The notes under the pieces are model-generated. The model was not told the origin of the DNA, ran no database searches, and saw only the letters and a program-made list of their open reading frames with translations. A DNA stretch of 31,761 nucleotides from a virus (Duplodnaviria > Caudoviricetes). This document shows, one piece after another, positions 16,446-25,010 of this stretch; positions within the stretch are counted from its first letter, which is position 1; each line of letters starts with the position of its first letter. A program made the translations under genes and the position numbers. Where the stretch lies: IMG/VR virus record IMGVR_UViG_3300033481_000007, positions 1-31,761 of that record; one strand, written 5' to 3'.

Positions 16446-16546
16446 CAACCTGCCCGACCTGCAAGGGAACCGGCCGCAGTACCTACACCTACACCAGCGT
16501 TTGCCCCATCTGCCGAGGCACCCGCTACATCCTGATCCGGAGGTAA
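16442..16546 (+). CDS. 34-aa zinc-finger microprotein (DnaJ-type CxxCxGxG repeat), not in the ORF track
   Basis: MTTCPTCKGTGRSTYTYTSVCPICRGTRYILIRR*; ATGA overlap with the upstream gene; its end provides the GGAGG SD for the next gene. Confidence 0.65.
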   Translation: MTTCPTCKGTGRSTYTYTSVCPICRGTRYILIRR

Positions 16547-16550
16547 ATCC

Positions 16551-16736
16551 ATGACGACAAAATACATCCTGACCATTGCTGAGATGCGTGACACACTTGC
16601 CTACCTCTATGAAAGCGGACTGGTCGCTACTGAGGAACAACGCAAGCATGCTTCCCAGTGTCTGTGTGCAGCTATCCGGATTCTCGAGCAATCGCAAGCT
16701 CGTGTTGCGGGGATCCCTAGAAGGGGATCGCGTTAA
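16551..16736 (+). CDS. Hypothetical protein (61 aa)
   Basis: GGAGGT SD; converges on the minus-strand replication block. Confidence 0.6.
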   Translation: MTTKYILTIAEMRDTLAYLYESGLVATEEQRKHASQCLCAAIRILEQSQARVAGIPRRGSR

Positions 16737-16992
16737 CGTCGAACCATTCCTCGCACCCTGCCACCAGGACCTCCGGTGGCGGGGGAACCTTGTATTTCCG
16801 ACACTGGAAATAATGTGTTCCATCTGTCTCCCACTCCACACAGTTTAGGCAGCACTGCCACGCCCCAGAAAGGATGAATTCGTGCGCGAGCTTGGCCCTT
16901 GATCCAGCTCGCTTTCTTCGGGTGACTTCAGCGAGATCCAGGGCTATGGCGTTGGAGCGTTCTTTTTCGGCTTGACTATTAGCTGAACTCAT
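16717..16992 (-). CDS. Small Cys-rich protein ending in an SSB-like ...IPF tail
   Basis: CCLNC...C...PP...GCEEW.....IPF; GGAGGTG SD; overlaps the helicase end. Confidence 0.7.
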   Translation of the reverse strand: MSSANSQAEKERSNAIALDLAEVTRRKRAGSRAKLAHEFILSGAWQCCLNCVEWETDGTHYFQCRKYKVPPPPEVLVAGCEEWFDVNAIPF

Positions 16993-18649
16993 GGTCTCTC
17001 ACCTCCGGGAACTTTTTGTTGATCCACACTTTGACCTTGACAGGACGGCGAACCTCGTCTAGGCGCTTGAAGGCGTCCACCACGGACTCGGGAGGCTTCG
17101 TCCCAGCGTGCTTTCGCCACCAGTCGTGCGCCCTGTGCAGAGGGTACTGCTCGTGCTCTAGGCATACCCATTCGTGGAAGACCCTGAGCCCGCAGTGATA
17201 GCTGACCTTGAGACTGGACCGCCTAGAGTCCTCGCTGGTGTTATCCCCCGCATACTGCCGTTTCCTATGTTCAGTGTAGACCACGTGGTCTACCGAGAAG
17301 CTGACTATCTCCGGGACGTCTCGTCGAATGAGCTCGTCAGTCCCTGCCTTCGCCTCGAATCGAGTCACGAGGGGGAACACGAACCCACACACGGGGCAGA
17401 CCCGAACGCTGGCGTGGCAGTAGGTGAAGCACGCCTCGCAGACCTTGACGGGAGCGGCCCCCCTTCCCTTCCCTCGCTTCTTTGGCTTGACGGGATCGTT
17501 GATTGGTCCGAGGCGTCGGGTGTTCCCTGCGAAGTCGAGGACTAGGCAGTTTCTCTTCACACTCGCGGCTATGGCGGCGAGGCGCCCCGACGCTGTGGTC
17601 AAGTCAAACCCGTCGACGTACAGAGGACGTGTGCCTCTCCCCAGCATCTGGACCCACAGTCCAGGAGACATGGTGGGTCGGAGGACCACAATGCAGTCGA
17701 GGGCAGGGAAGTCGAACCCTGTCGTGAGGATTCCATTGTTGACTAGGACCCGGAAGCGGCCTTCTTTGAAGGCTGCGATTCTAGCATCCCGATCCTTGTC
17801 TACCATCTTCGAGTGTATGCAGGTCGCGGAGACCCCCATATTGCACAGTTCCTCTGCGCAGTGTTCGGCGTGCTCAATTCCCGAGGCAAACACTAGCCAG
17901 TGTTCGCGCCCCGCTGCTAGCTGGAGTGCCTCGCGGAGAGCGGCGGCCGTTACTTCTCGACGGTCTACGGCAGTCTGAAGATCCTTCAGATTGTACTCGC
18001 CATGCTGGACAGTGACCGCGCTAACGTCCAACTCGTTACTGGTGGCGCGAGGGATCAGTGGTACTAGATACCCCTCGTCTAGGAACCAGTTGAAGGCGTC
18101 AAAGGTGGTCATGTCCACACATACGTCGGTGAACAGACCTCCGTCCTCAGTCAGGGGTCCCTGGCCCAGGCGATAATGTGTGGCTGTGAAGCCAATCACC
18201 TTGAGCCTTGGGTTTATGTTTCGAAGCTCGTCTAAGAAGGTCTGGTACATAGTCCCTTCCTTGGGAGAGACTAGGTGGCATTCGTCTACTATTACCAGGT
18301 CTATATGGCCGAACGAGAGAGCGACCTTGACGGCTGAGGCTATTCCGGCAAATGTGATTGGCGCGAACGTCTCGCGGCGCTTTAGTCCGGCGGAATACAC
18401 TCCTGCCGGAGCCTCTGGCCATACGGCCAGGAGCGTGGCGAGGTTTTGCTGGATCAGTTCCTTGACGTGAGTCAGCTTGAGAATTCTCTGTCCGCGGTAG
18501 CGTCGGAAGATCTCGCGGATGAATAGGGCGATCTCGACCGACTTCCCTGTACCTGTGGGTTGAGCGACGACGGGGTTGCCTGTCTCCGTCTCGAAGTAGC
18601 GAAACAGCTGCTCGACAGTGTAAAGCTGGTAGTCGCGTGGAGTAATCAT
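16979..18649 (-). CDS. Superfamily 2 DNA helicase (RadD/YejH-like) with zinc finger
   Basis: PRDYQ, PTGTGKS, DECH, TAT, LTTGFDFP, QMLGRGTR, LDFAGN, CEAC...CPVC; start ATG 18649 by ATGA overlap. Confidence 0.93.
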   Translation of the reverse strand: MITPRDYQLYTVEQLFRYFETETGNPVVAQPTGTGKSVEIALFIREIFRRYRGQRILKLTHVKELIQQNLATLLAVWPEAPAGVYSAGLKRRETFAPITFAGIASAVKVALSFGHIDLVIVDECHLVSPKEGTMYQTFLDELRNINPRLKVIGFTATHYRLGQGPLTEDGGLFTDVCVDMTTFDAFNWFLDEGYLVPLIPRATSNELDVSAVTVQHGEYNLKDLQTAVDRREVTAAALREALQLAAGREHWLVFASGIEHAEHCAEELCNMGVSATCIHSKMVDKDRDARIAAFKEGRFRVLVNNGILTTGFDFPALDCIVVLRPTMSPGLWVQMLGRGTRPLYVDGFDLTTASGRLAAIAASVKRNCLVLDFAGNTRRLGPINDPVKPKKRGKGRGAAPVKVCEACFTYCHASVRVCPVCGFVFPLVTRFEAKAGTDELIRRDVPEIVSFSVDHVVYTEHRKRQYAGDNTSEDSRRSSLKVSYHCGLRVFHEWVCLEHEQYPLHRAHDWWRKHAGTKPPESVVDAFKRLDEVRRPVKVKVWINKKFPEVRDHEFS

Positions 18650-19629
18650 CTCATGGACGGGAGGAGCGAGTAGTGAGAGCAAGCTTCCCTCTGAGCCTCC
18701 TCGCTTAGCTCGCGGTCAGAGGGAGTCTTGGCGCCTACAGGAAGACCGCGAACACAGATCCAGCTTCCTTCTAGACCTAGGCGAGCATGCTCACAGGTCC
18801 GGCAAGACTTCTCGGGAACTACCTTGTCCCAGCATACTCCGTGGAGCGGGCACATCTTGCACTTCCACCAGGTTCGGTCTTCTTTGATTCTCGGAAGTGG
18901 ATCCGATGCAAATATGATGTCCCAAGCTCTCTTTTGGAACGCCTCAAATATGGCTCGGTCGAAGGATACAACCTCGGCGTATATGGAATCGGTGTTCTTG
19001 TTGACAGCTAGGTACAGTGCTGATGGGAGCTTGGCAAGTCCCATGTAGGACTGCATTTGGACATAATGCTCAAACTTGGTATGTCTCACTCCCTCGCCAG
19101 TGAAGGCGACTGCTGTGGGATTGCGCCAGTGCTCGTCCCAGTTGTCACCGGCCATCTTGACGAAGGACTTATCCCCGTGGGTCTTGAACTCGCCGAGCAG
19201 AGCGGTATCAGGCATCTCATCGAGCCCGCGGAGGACACAATCCATGGATCCTCCGAAGTGGCCATTGACCGACGAGACACGGATCTGCTCGCCGTTGACA
19301 TGCTGCCAGACCTCGAACCCCAGCATCTTCAGGAGCGCAATGAATCTCCCCTCCTCCAGATGACCGCGGTTGAACAGACGGAGAAGACGCCCTTCATGCT
19401 GTGGGATCGTGGCCCAACGAAAGTTGTACCAAATGAGGCGCGCGCAGTCGATTCCGATTACGGAGGCTCCTAAGTGGCGCCTCCTCGGGTCTTCTTGCGC
19501 GCGGTAGGCATCGGTACACTGAGGAAGGGTTTCCTTGGAATGCACGCGAAATGCTGCTCCCTGATCCCGCGTAAGAAGTTGGTCGAGGCGCTGGAGTGTA
19601 TTGTATGGGATAGAGATTTGAGCTTGCAT
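18646..19629 (-). CDS. Cas4-like PD-(D/E)XK exonuclease
   Basis: HLGAS.IG..C.R.IWY, RGH.EE, GSMD, EFKTH, HYVQMQ.YM, C..CP...VC, CRTC; start ATG 19629 with GGAG SD. Confidence 0.85.
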   Translation of the reverse strand: MQAQISIPYNTLQRLDQLLTRDQGAAFRVHSKETLPQCTDAYRAQEDPRRRHLGASVIGIDCARLIWYNFRWATIPQHEGRLLRLFNRGHLEEGRFIALLKMLGFEVWQHVNGEQIRVSSVNGHFGGSMDCVLRGLDEMPDTALLGEFKTHGDKSFVKMAGDNWDEHWRNPTAVAFTGEGVRHTKFEHYVQMQSYMGLAKLPSALYLAVNKNTDSIYAEVVSFDRAIFEAFQKRAWDIIFASDPLPRIKEDRTWWKCKMCPLHGVCWDKVVPEKSCRTCEHARLGLEGSWICVRGLPVGAKTPSDRELSEEAQREACSHYSLLPSMR

Positions 19630-20015
19630 CTGACTCCATGGACTGTGAGCATGAGCTCGGCGATGCAGTCGAATCGCCGACGGATCAAGGGGTGATAGTG
19701 AAACGTGCTCAAGCGAGGCCCTACTAGCCACACTTCTTTCTTGGCGGCCAGAGCTATTCCCAGCTCAGTTTCTCTGCCCCCTCGCGAGGTTCGTCCGTCG
19801 TTCGTGAATAGGATCAGAACGTCCGCTCGCAATACGTCTAGAGTGTCCACCTCAGCAGCTAGGACGCGGTCGCGAACCCTCTTCTCCAGTGCGCGCTTTC
19901 CGACAGTGAGCCAGGTAGAGACAGACTCTAGCCCGTGTCGCTGAAGGAAGCGCGATAAGGTTCGGATGCGTTGTTGTTGCTCGAAGTTGGCAGCGTAGTA
20001 GACTCGTTTATTCAT
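19470..20015 (-). CDS. Nucleoside 2-deoxyribosyltransferase-like / nucleotide N-glycosidase fold protein
   Basis: VYYAA, STWL, D..DV.RADVLILF, GGRETELGIALA..K.V..VG; C-terminal extension overlaps the exonuclease start by 160 nt. Confidence 0.75.
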   Translation of the reverse strand: MNKRVYYAANFEQQQRIRTLSRFLQRHGLESVSTWLTVGKRALEKRVRDRVLAAEVDTLDVLRADVLILFTNDGRTSRGGRETELGIALAAKKEVWLVGPRLSTFHYHPLIRRRFDCIAELMLTVHGVRCKLKSLSHTIHSSASTNFLRGIREQHFACIPRKPFLSVPMPTARKKTRGGAT

Positions 20016-20017
20016 CG

Positions 20018-20088
20018 AACCGGCGGCGGGACTCGAACCCGCATCTCAACCCTACGTGGGAGCGTCCTTCCAGTTGAACTACGCCGGT
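20018..20088 (-). tRNA. tRNA-like element with irregular anticodon arm (identity unassignable; no encoded CCA)
   Basis: Acceptor ACCGGCG/CGCCGGT, TA, D arm GTTC-AACTGGAA-GGAC, T arm GCGGG-TTCGAGT-CCCGC; anticodon region CTCCCACGTAGGGTT does not form 5 bp + 7 nt. Confidence 0.7.
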
Positions 20089-20131
20089 CCCCTCACTTCG
20101 CTCCATATGGAGCAGGCTTAGGGCGCCTAGG

Positions 20132-20866
20132 CTAGCGTGCCCACGGAGGCGACTGGCCGGATCCCTGCGGAGGCGACTGCGGGGCCTGGGGGGGAGCTCC
20201 CCACGGCGGCGACTGCGGGGCCTGCGGTGGTGGAGCTGGCGGCATGAACCCGGGCTGGGTGAAATTCATGGGAGGGGCGCCCTGGCCGGCGACCATGGGG
20301 GGATGGGGTACGTATCCGGGAGGGGCGGCGGCGGAACCGAACCCCTGAGGTGGCGAGGCGCCCCACGGGGGAGCTCCGGACGGCGGCTGCGGAGGAATCG
20401 GGGGGCCCTGCGGTACGCCCGCCGTCGGCGGAATCGGCATGGTTGCAGTCTGCGCGCTCCCGCCGAAGCTCTCGTTGATCCCCTTCACCAGCGCGATGTC
20501 GTTCTGGTCCGAGTACTGCCCGGTCTTGTCCGTGCGCACCTTGACCTTGGCCTTGAGAGGGATCCCGTGGAGCTGCTCCGTCGCTTGGAACTGAATCACT
20601 CCCGTGGCGTGGCAGTAGGCAGACAACTTGCGCTGCCCGATTTCCGCGGCGACCGGGTTCGCGTTCTGCAGGTTGATCCGGTCAAACAGCTTCCTCCCGG
20701 CATACGCGCCGTCGATGACCTCCAGAGTCAACTCCAGGTAGTACCCGTCATTGCTCTTGGTGGGCTTGCCCTCGCTCGCGACGACGCGGCAGTTGTAGAC
20801 TCCGGCCGGAATTGCTTCGAGCTCCTCGAAGGGCTTTATTTTGCTTGCGTCGAATTGGAATTGCAT
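20132..20866 (-). CDS. DUF669-family single-stranded DNA-binding protein with Pro/Gln-rich tail
   Basis: FDAS...P.G.Y, G.YLEL..EV.DG.Y.GRK.FDR.NL.N.N..A.EI, L...CHATG, LHGIP; tail ends PPWAR; tail has a 17-nt repeat at 20172 and 20208. Confidence 0.85.
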   Translation of the reverse strand: MQFQFDASKIKPFEELEAIPAGVYNCRVVASEGKPTKSNDGYYLELTLEVIDGAYAGRKLFDRINLQNANPVAAEIGQRKLSAYCHATGVIQFQATEQLHGIPLKAKVKVRTDKTGQYSDQNDIALVKGINESFGGSAQTATMPIPPTAGVPQGPPIPPQPPSGAPPWGASPPQGFGSAAAPPGYVPHPPMVAGQGAPPMNFTQPGFMPPAPPPQAPQSPPWGAPPQAPQSPPQGSGQSPPWAR

Positions 20867-20868
20867 AC

Positions 20869-21546
20869 TTAGCCTCCTATCTTTTGGATCACCTGTGACA
20901 GATTCATCGGTTCAAACTGGGCCAGAGATCCACTCCGGTCCTTAGCTACATACTGAAGGTCAGCCTGTGTCTGGAGATAGTGAAATTTGGTCCCATCTGG
21001 ACCCCTTCCCACGCCAACGTGGAAGACCTCGTCGAATAGGTAGGGGAGCTGGGGCCCGAGCTTCTGCCCCGGCATCATTGGCTGGAAGCGCATGATTCCC
21101 GAGGCCTCGTCCTTAGCCCATTCTTCCTTGGCGCTCATGTAGACATGCTTGCCAGGCAGGTCGCGGAAGGCCCTAACCCACGGAAGCATCTGGTCGAGCA
21201 TTTCCCCGTAGGCCTTGCGCGGGTCCTTATTCGAGGCCTTGAGTGTGGTCAGAAGAGTCTCCCCTATCTCAGTCACGGAATCGAGACTGACCGACACTAT
21301 CTGGCGGGCCTCCTGACTGGTCGACAGCCAACGGTAGACCTCTGACAGCTCCGACAGAGTGTGGATCTCCGCGACTGCGATGTCAAACCTACGGAGCGAA
21401 AGCATCCCTGCCTCGGCTGAGAGTATGACCGATGGTTCGGGCATGGTCGCGCACAGGGAGGTCTTTCCTACCCCAGCGCCACCATACCCGAGGATCTTCA
21501 CCCCGTTGGCGACGCTGGCTTGGCGGGTGGTTGTCCACCTAATCAC
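20869..21546 (-). CDS. Sak4-like AAA (AAA_24) ATPase / recombinase
   Basis: GYGGAGVGKT, SAEAG.LSL, LDS.TEI, D.R.AYG, R.FRDLP, PY.FDEV, AKDRSG.L; GTG 21546 with GGAG SD. Confidence 0.85.
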   Translation of the reverse strand: MIRWTTTRQASVANGVKILGYGGAGVGKTSLCATMPEPSVILSAEAGMLSLRRFDIAVAEIHTLSELSEVYRWLSTSQEARQIVSVSLDSVTEIGETLLTTLKASNKDPRKAYGEMLDQMLPWVRAFRDLPGKHVYMSAKEEWAKDEASGIMRFQPMMPGQKLGPQLPYLFDEVFHVGVGRGPDGTKFHYLQTQADLQYVAKDRSGSLAQFEPMNLSQVIQKIGG

Positions 21547-21721
21547 TGCTGTGTCTCCGGCAACGAAGGGCGCGAATGTGGAGGCATAGGTCCGCATGAT
21601 AGTGGCACAGTACCACCTTGTCACCGCACTGTGGGCACAGGTCAATGACAAACCCTTCATGTGGGCAGCCCGGCCCCATGCAGGGAATAAACTCGTCTAG
21701 CTTCAGTTCTTCCTTAGGCAT
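21539..21721 (-). CDS. Small Cys/His-rich protein (60 aa)
   Basis: C....C...CPQC...C..H...C.H; overlaps both neighbours. Confidence 0.55.
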   Translation of the reverse strand: MPKEELKLDEFIPCMGPGCPHEGFVIDLCPQCGDKVVLCHYHADLCLHIRALRCRRHSSD

Positions 21722-22136
21722 CTTTCTTCTCCTTCGGCTCGCACCGAATCTCGATGGTTGGAGTGGAATAAGTAGAGGTGATAGCTTGGTCTAGTATCGC
21801 CCTCTGCTCCTCGGTCAGATGGCGATAGGCCGTGGTATCCAGCTCTATCTTGATTCGCGTGACCTCGTCAACGGACACGCCGGCCGCGGCGAGGGGTTTG
21901 GTCAACGTCGATAGAACCGCACTGTCGATGTTGCGCTTCACCTTGTGGGTGTACTTCAGATTCCATCCATTGCGGATAGGAATGCGATTGACCCCCTCCT
22001 TTAGCGAGATCCCAAACAACACTGCCCCCAGGGCGCGCCGGAGCTCTACTTCGCGCTCCACTATCTTCTTGGCTTTTTCGGCCTCTTCCTTAGCCCTGTA
22101 CCATTCGTCCACTGCGGCTCTCTGTTCTGGTGTCAT
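21714..22136 (-). CDS. Conserved phage replication/recombination-module protein (140 aa)
   Basis: ATG 22136 with GAAGGAG SD; E.ELR...F...KEG.N...GW.LK...R.ID...Y..L...D.......P.IEI. Confidence 0.7.
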   Translation of the reverse strand: MTPEQRAAVDEWYRAKEEAEKAKKIVEREVELRRALGAVLFGISLKEGVNRIPIRNGWNLKYTHKVKRNIDSAVLSTLTKPLAAAGVSVDEVTRIKIELDTTAYRHLTEEQRAILDQAITSTYSTPTIEIRCEPKEKKDA

Positions 22137-22155
22137 CTCATCTCCTTCGTCTTCC

Positions 22156-22383
22156 TCAGTATCGCCAGGGAGGGCACGCCCGCCGACGTAACTCCTCTCC
22201 TCGCATGGAATTGAGCATTCGGGCGGGCCCCCACTCTCTTTCTCCGTTAGGAGTAGTAGCTCCTCGAAGTGCCATGACCGCCTCATAGGCGGCCTGGACA
22301 GCCGACCCAGCATTGCCGCGAGCCAGTTGCTGGACGAAGGCTGCGGCCCATACCAATTTCTCGTTTGAAGTGAGCTCTGACAT
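22156..22383 (-). CDS. Hypothetical protein (75 aa)
   Basis: First gene of the leftward block; GAGGT immediately before ATG 22383. Confidence 0.5.
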   Translation of the reverse strand: MSELTSNEKLVWAAAFVQQLARGNAGSAVQAAYEAVMALRGATTPNGEREWGPARMLNSMRGEELRRRACPPWRY

Positions 22384-22415
22384 ACCTCGACTGTACGCCA
22401 CCAAGGCAACGAATT

Positions 22416-22447
22416 AACCCACTATTTTGGACCCAAAATAAGGGGTT
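22416..22447. promoter_or_regulatory. Operator-like palindrome in divergent intergenic region
   Basis: AACCC-AC-TATTTTGG-AC-CCAAAATA-AG-GGGTT; touches a TTGCGC...TACAAA sigma70-like promoter in front of the HTH gene. Confidence 0.55.
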
Positions 22448-22484
22448 GCGCGACGGGGGCAAACCGCCCTACAAATGATGTGCA

Positions 22485-22724
22485 ATGAGCGCCGAGGTGA
22501 AAAGAGGATCCCTCCATGTTGAGACGCTGAAACTCCTTCGCCAGTCGCGGGACTCGCTTCTCGACATACACCTTGCCACCAGGCTACCCTTCTATTGGCT
22601 GAAGAGGTTCAAAGAAGATGGGATCCGCGACCCCTCAGTCAATAGAATCCAGATCCTGTACGAGCATCTAGCGCGGCTCCCTCTCATTGGTGGCCACACG
22701 TGGACTTCGACTCACACTAGCTAG
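22485..22724 (+). CDS. HTH DNA-binding protein (XRE/Cro-like)
   Basis: SLLDIHLATRLPFYWLKRF..DGIRDPSVNRIQILYEHL; upstream of the primase. Confidence 0.75.
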   Translation: MSAEVKRGSLHVETLKLLRQSRDSLLDIHLATRLPFYWLKRFKEDGIRDPSVNRIQILYEHLARLPLIGGHTWTSTHTS

Positions 22725-22732
22725 GTGCACGC

Positions 22733-25006
22733 ATGCGAAACAATATCCCCCTAGAACTCCGGGCACTGAGGCAGTGGGTTTGTGCTGGAGTCAATAAGGT
22801 CCCCGTGTCACCCCGCACGGGGCGCGCTGCCAGCGTGACCGACCCTTCCACGTGGGGCACATTCGACGAGGCATGCTCTACTGGTTCGCCCTTCGTGGGG
22901 TTCGTCCTCACAGCCTCAGATCCCTACACCATAATCGACCTGGATGACAAGGAAGCGCATCCAGCGACTCCCGAGCAGCTCGAGATTCATAGACGCATCC
23001 TAGACGCGATCCCGAGCTATACAGAGCGCTCGGCATCGGGGCGCGGGTATCACGTGGTCGTGCGAGGGACCCTCCCCTACGCGCTCCACCGTGATACAGT
23101 CGAGGCGTACTCTACCGGGAGGTACATGATTTGCACCGGCAACGTGGTGCGCTCAGCCCCCATAGTCGACGCCCAAACGGTGTTGGACATCCTAACCCGA
23201 GAGATGACCCCTTCTCAGCAAGTCGAGCTAGACGACGTCGGCGATACTCTGACTGATGAGGACGTGTTCGAGCTCGCAATCAACGCTTCCAATGGAGACA
23301 AATTTAATGCGCTATGCATCGGCGACTGGAAGACGATGGGGTACCCCAGCCAGTCAGAGGCAGACTTTGCCCTCCTATCCATATTCACGTTTTACACTCG
23401 AAGCAATGAACAGGTACGGCGTCTATTTCGGATGTCCGCGCTGGGACGACGGGAGAAAGCGACCGCGGACAATCGTTATCTCGACCGAGCACTTCGGAAA
23501 ATTAGAGCTCGACAGCCCCAAGATGTGGACATCTCCGGTTTGCTGGAGAAGCCACAACCCCAGGGAGGTGCAGCTGGTGAACCGGGGGGCGGGGCTCCAG
23601 CTCGAGTTCTGGCCCCGCATTCTGAGGTATCGTTCGTTCCGCCGCTAGCCGAACTCTCGTTGGTCAACTCCGCCAAGCTAGTAGACCTCACTCTCCCGCC
23701 CGGGCTCGTCGGCGAGCTGGCGGCGTACATATACAGCTCCTCCATTCGCCCGGTCCCGGAGGTCGCACTGTGCGCCGCCATCGCCCTAATGAGCGGCGCG
23801 GCCGCGCGATGCTACAACGTGAGCGGCTCAGGGCTCAATCAGTATCTGGTACTCCTGGCGAAGACCGGTGCTGGGAAGGACGGGGCCGCGGCGGGCATCG
23901 ACCGTCTCATGTCCGCAGTCAGGCGGCACGTTCCCATGGCCGACACCTTCATTGGCCCTGGAGTCTTCGCCTCGGGTCAGGCGTTGGTCAAGGTGTTGGA
24001 CGAGCGCCAATGCTTCGTCTCGATCCTAGGGGAGTTTGGGTACACTCTGCGCCAGCTATGCGACCCAGACGCCAACAGTGCCCTGGTGATGCTCAAGAGG
24101 GTGCTGCTAGACCTATACTCCAAATCCGGGTGGACCAGTCTGCTCAGGTCGTCAGTCTACTCTGACAAAGAGAAGAACACGAAGATAGTCCAAGCCCCCA
24201 ACGTGACCATCCTCGGCGAGTCCACCCCGGACGCGTTCTTCGAGGGGCTCAATGCTGGCCACATAGCGGAGGGTCTGATCCCGCGCTTCTCCGTGGTCGA
24301 ATACACCGGCCCGCGCCCTCCACGCAACCCCAACGGCGGGGCCCCTCCATCTGAGGAGCTGACACGTCGCCTCGCCGAGCTCGTCGCGACCACTCTCACC
24401 ATGGGGCAGAACAATCAGTGTGCGAGTGTTCCGTTGGAAGCTAGGGCCCAGTCGCTACTAGACGCCCTAGACGGGCGATGCGACCGTGCCATCAATGACG
24501 CCAAGTCCGACGTAGACGCTCAACTATGGAACCGAGCTCACCTGAAGGCGCTGAAGCTCGCGGCGCTGATAGCGGTGGGGGTCGAGCCCCACAACCCGGT
24601 TGTCACTGCTCCGATAGCGGCGTGGGCCATCTCCTTCATTGAGCGCGAGGTCAACGGGGTGCTGGCGCGATTCCAGACTGGCGACGTCGGCAGCGGGTCA
24701 GCGCACCACGACCTTGACGTCCAAAGGGCGCTAGAGGACTTCGCGGCCATGACCAATGTCCAGCGGCGGACTTACGATGTTCCTAAGGTTCTTATGAACC
24801 AAGCCAAGCTCGTTCCCTACACCTATCTCCGGAGACGACTGAGAGCGCTCAACTCCTTCACCAATGATAGGAGGGGAGCGATCCCCGCAATTAGGGCCGC
24901 AATCCAGGACGCAGTCGACTCAGGTCAGCTGGTCAAGCTGTCACCACTCCAGGTCAGGGAGATGGGGCTGACTGGCGAGCTCTATGCCAGAGGGAAATCC
25001 GAGTGA
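22733..25006 (+). CDS. NrS-1-type primase-polymerase fused to a DUF3987-like P-loop helicase domain
   Basis: IP.EL..L.QWV, KVP.SP..G..AS.TDPSTW, IIDLD, SYTERS.SG.G.H, SQSEADFAL, R.FR.SAL, AKTGAGKD. Confidence 0.88.
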   Translation: MRNNIPLELRALRQWVCAGVNKVPVSPRTGRAASVTDPSTWGTFDEACSTGSPFVGFVLTASDPYTIIDLDDKEAHPATPEQLEIHRRILDAIPSYTERSASGRGYHVVVRGTLPYALHRDTVEAYSTGRYMICTGNVVRSAPIVDAQTVLDILTREMTPSQQVELDDVGDTLTDEDVFELAINASNGDKFNALCIGDWKTMGYPSQSEADFALLSIFTFYTRSNEQVRRLFRMSALGRREKATADNRYLDRALRKIRARQPQDVDISGLLEKPQPQGGAAGEPGGGAPARVLAPHSEVSFVPPLAELSLVNSAKLVDLTLPPGLVGELAAYIYSSSIRPVPEVALCAAIALMSGAAARCYNVSGSGLNQYLVLLAKTGAGKDGAAAGIDRLMSAVRRHVPMADTFIGPGVFASGQALVKVLDERQCFVSILGEFGYTLRQLCDPDANSALVMLKRVLLDLYSKSGWTSLLRSSVYSDKEKNTKIVQAPNVTILGESTPDAFFEGLNAGHIAEGLIPRFSVVEYTGPRPPRNPNGGAPPSEELTRRLAELVATTLTMGQNNQCASVPLEARAQSLLDALDGRCDRAINDAKSDVDAQLWNRAHLKALKLAALIAVGVEPHNPVVTAPIAAWAISFIEREVNGVLARFQTGDVGSGSAHHDLDVQRALEDFAAMTNVQRRTYDVPKVLMNQAKLVPYTYLRRRLRALNSFTNDRRGAIPAIRAAIQDAVDSGQLVKLSPLQVREMGLTGELYARGKSE

Positions 25007-25010
25007 CCGT

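Noticed and set aside
18646-19629. Cas4-like gene as a sign of a CRISPR system
   Set aside because: No repeat-spacer array or other cas genes; stand-alone Cas4-like nucleases are common in phage recombination modules
20918-20929. TGGGCCAGAGAT match to the promoter arm inside the AAA gene
   Set aside because: Lacks the TTGCA half; coding context; likely chance
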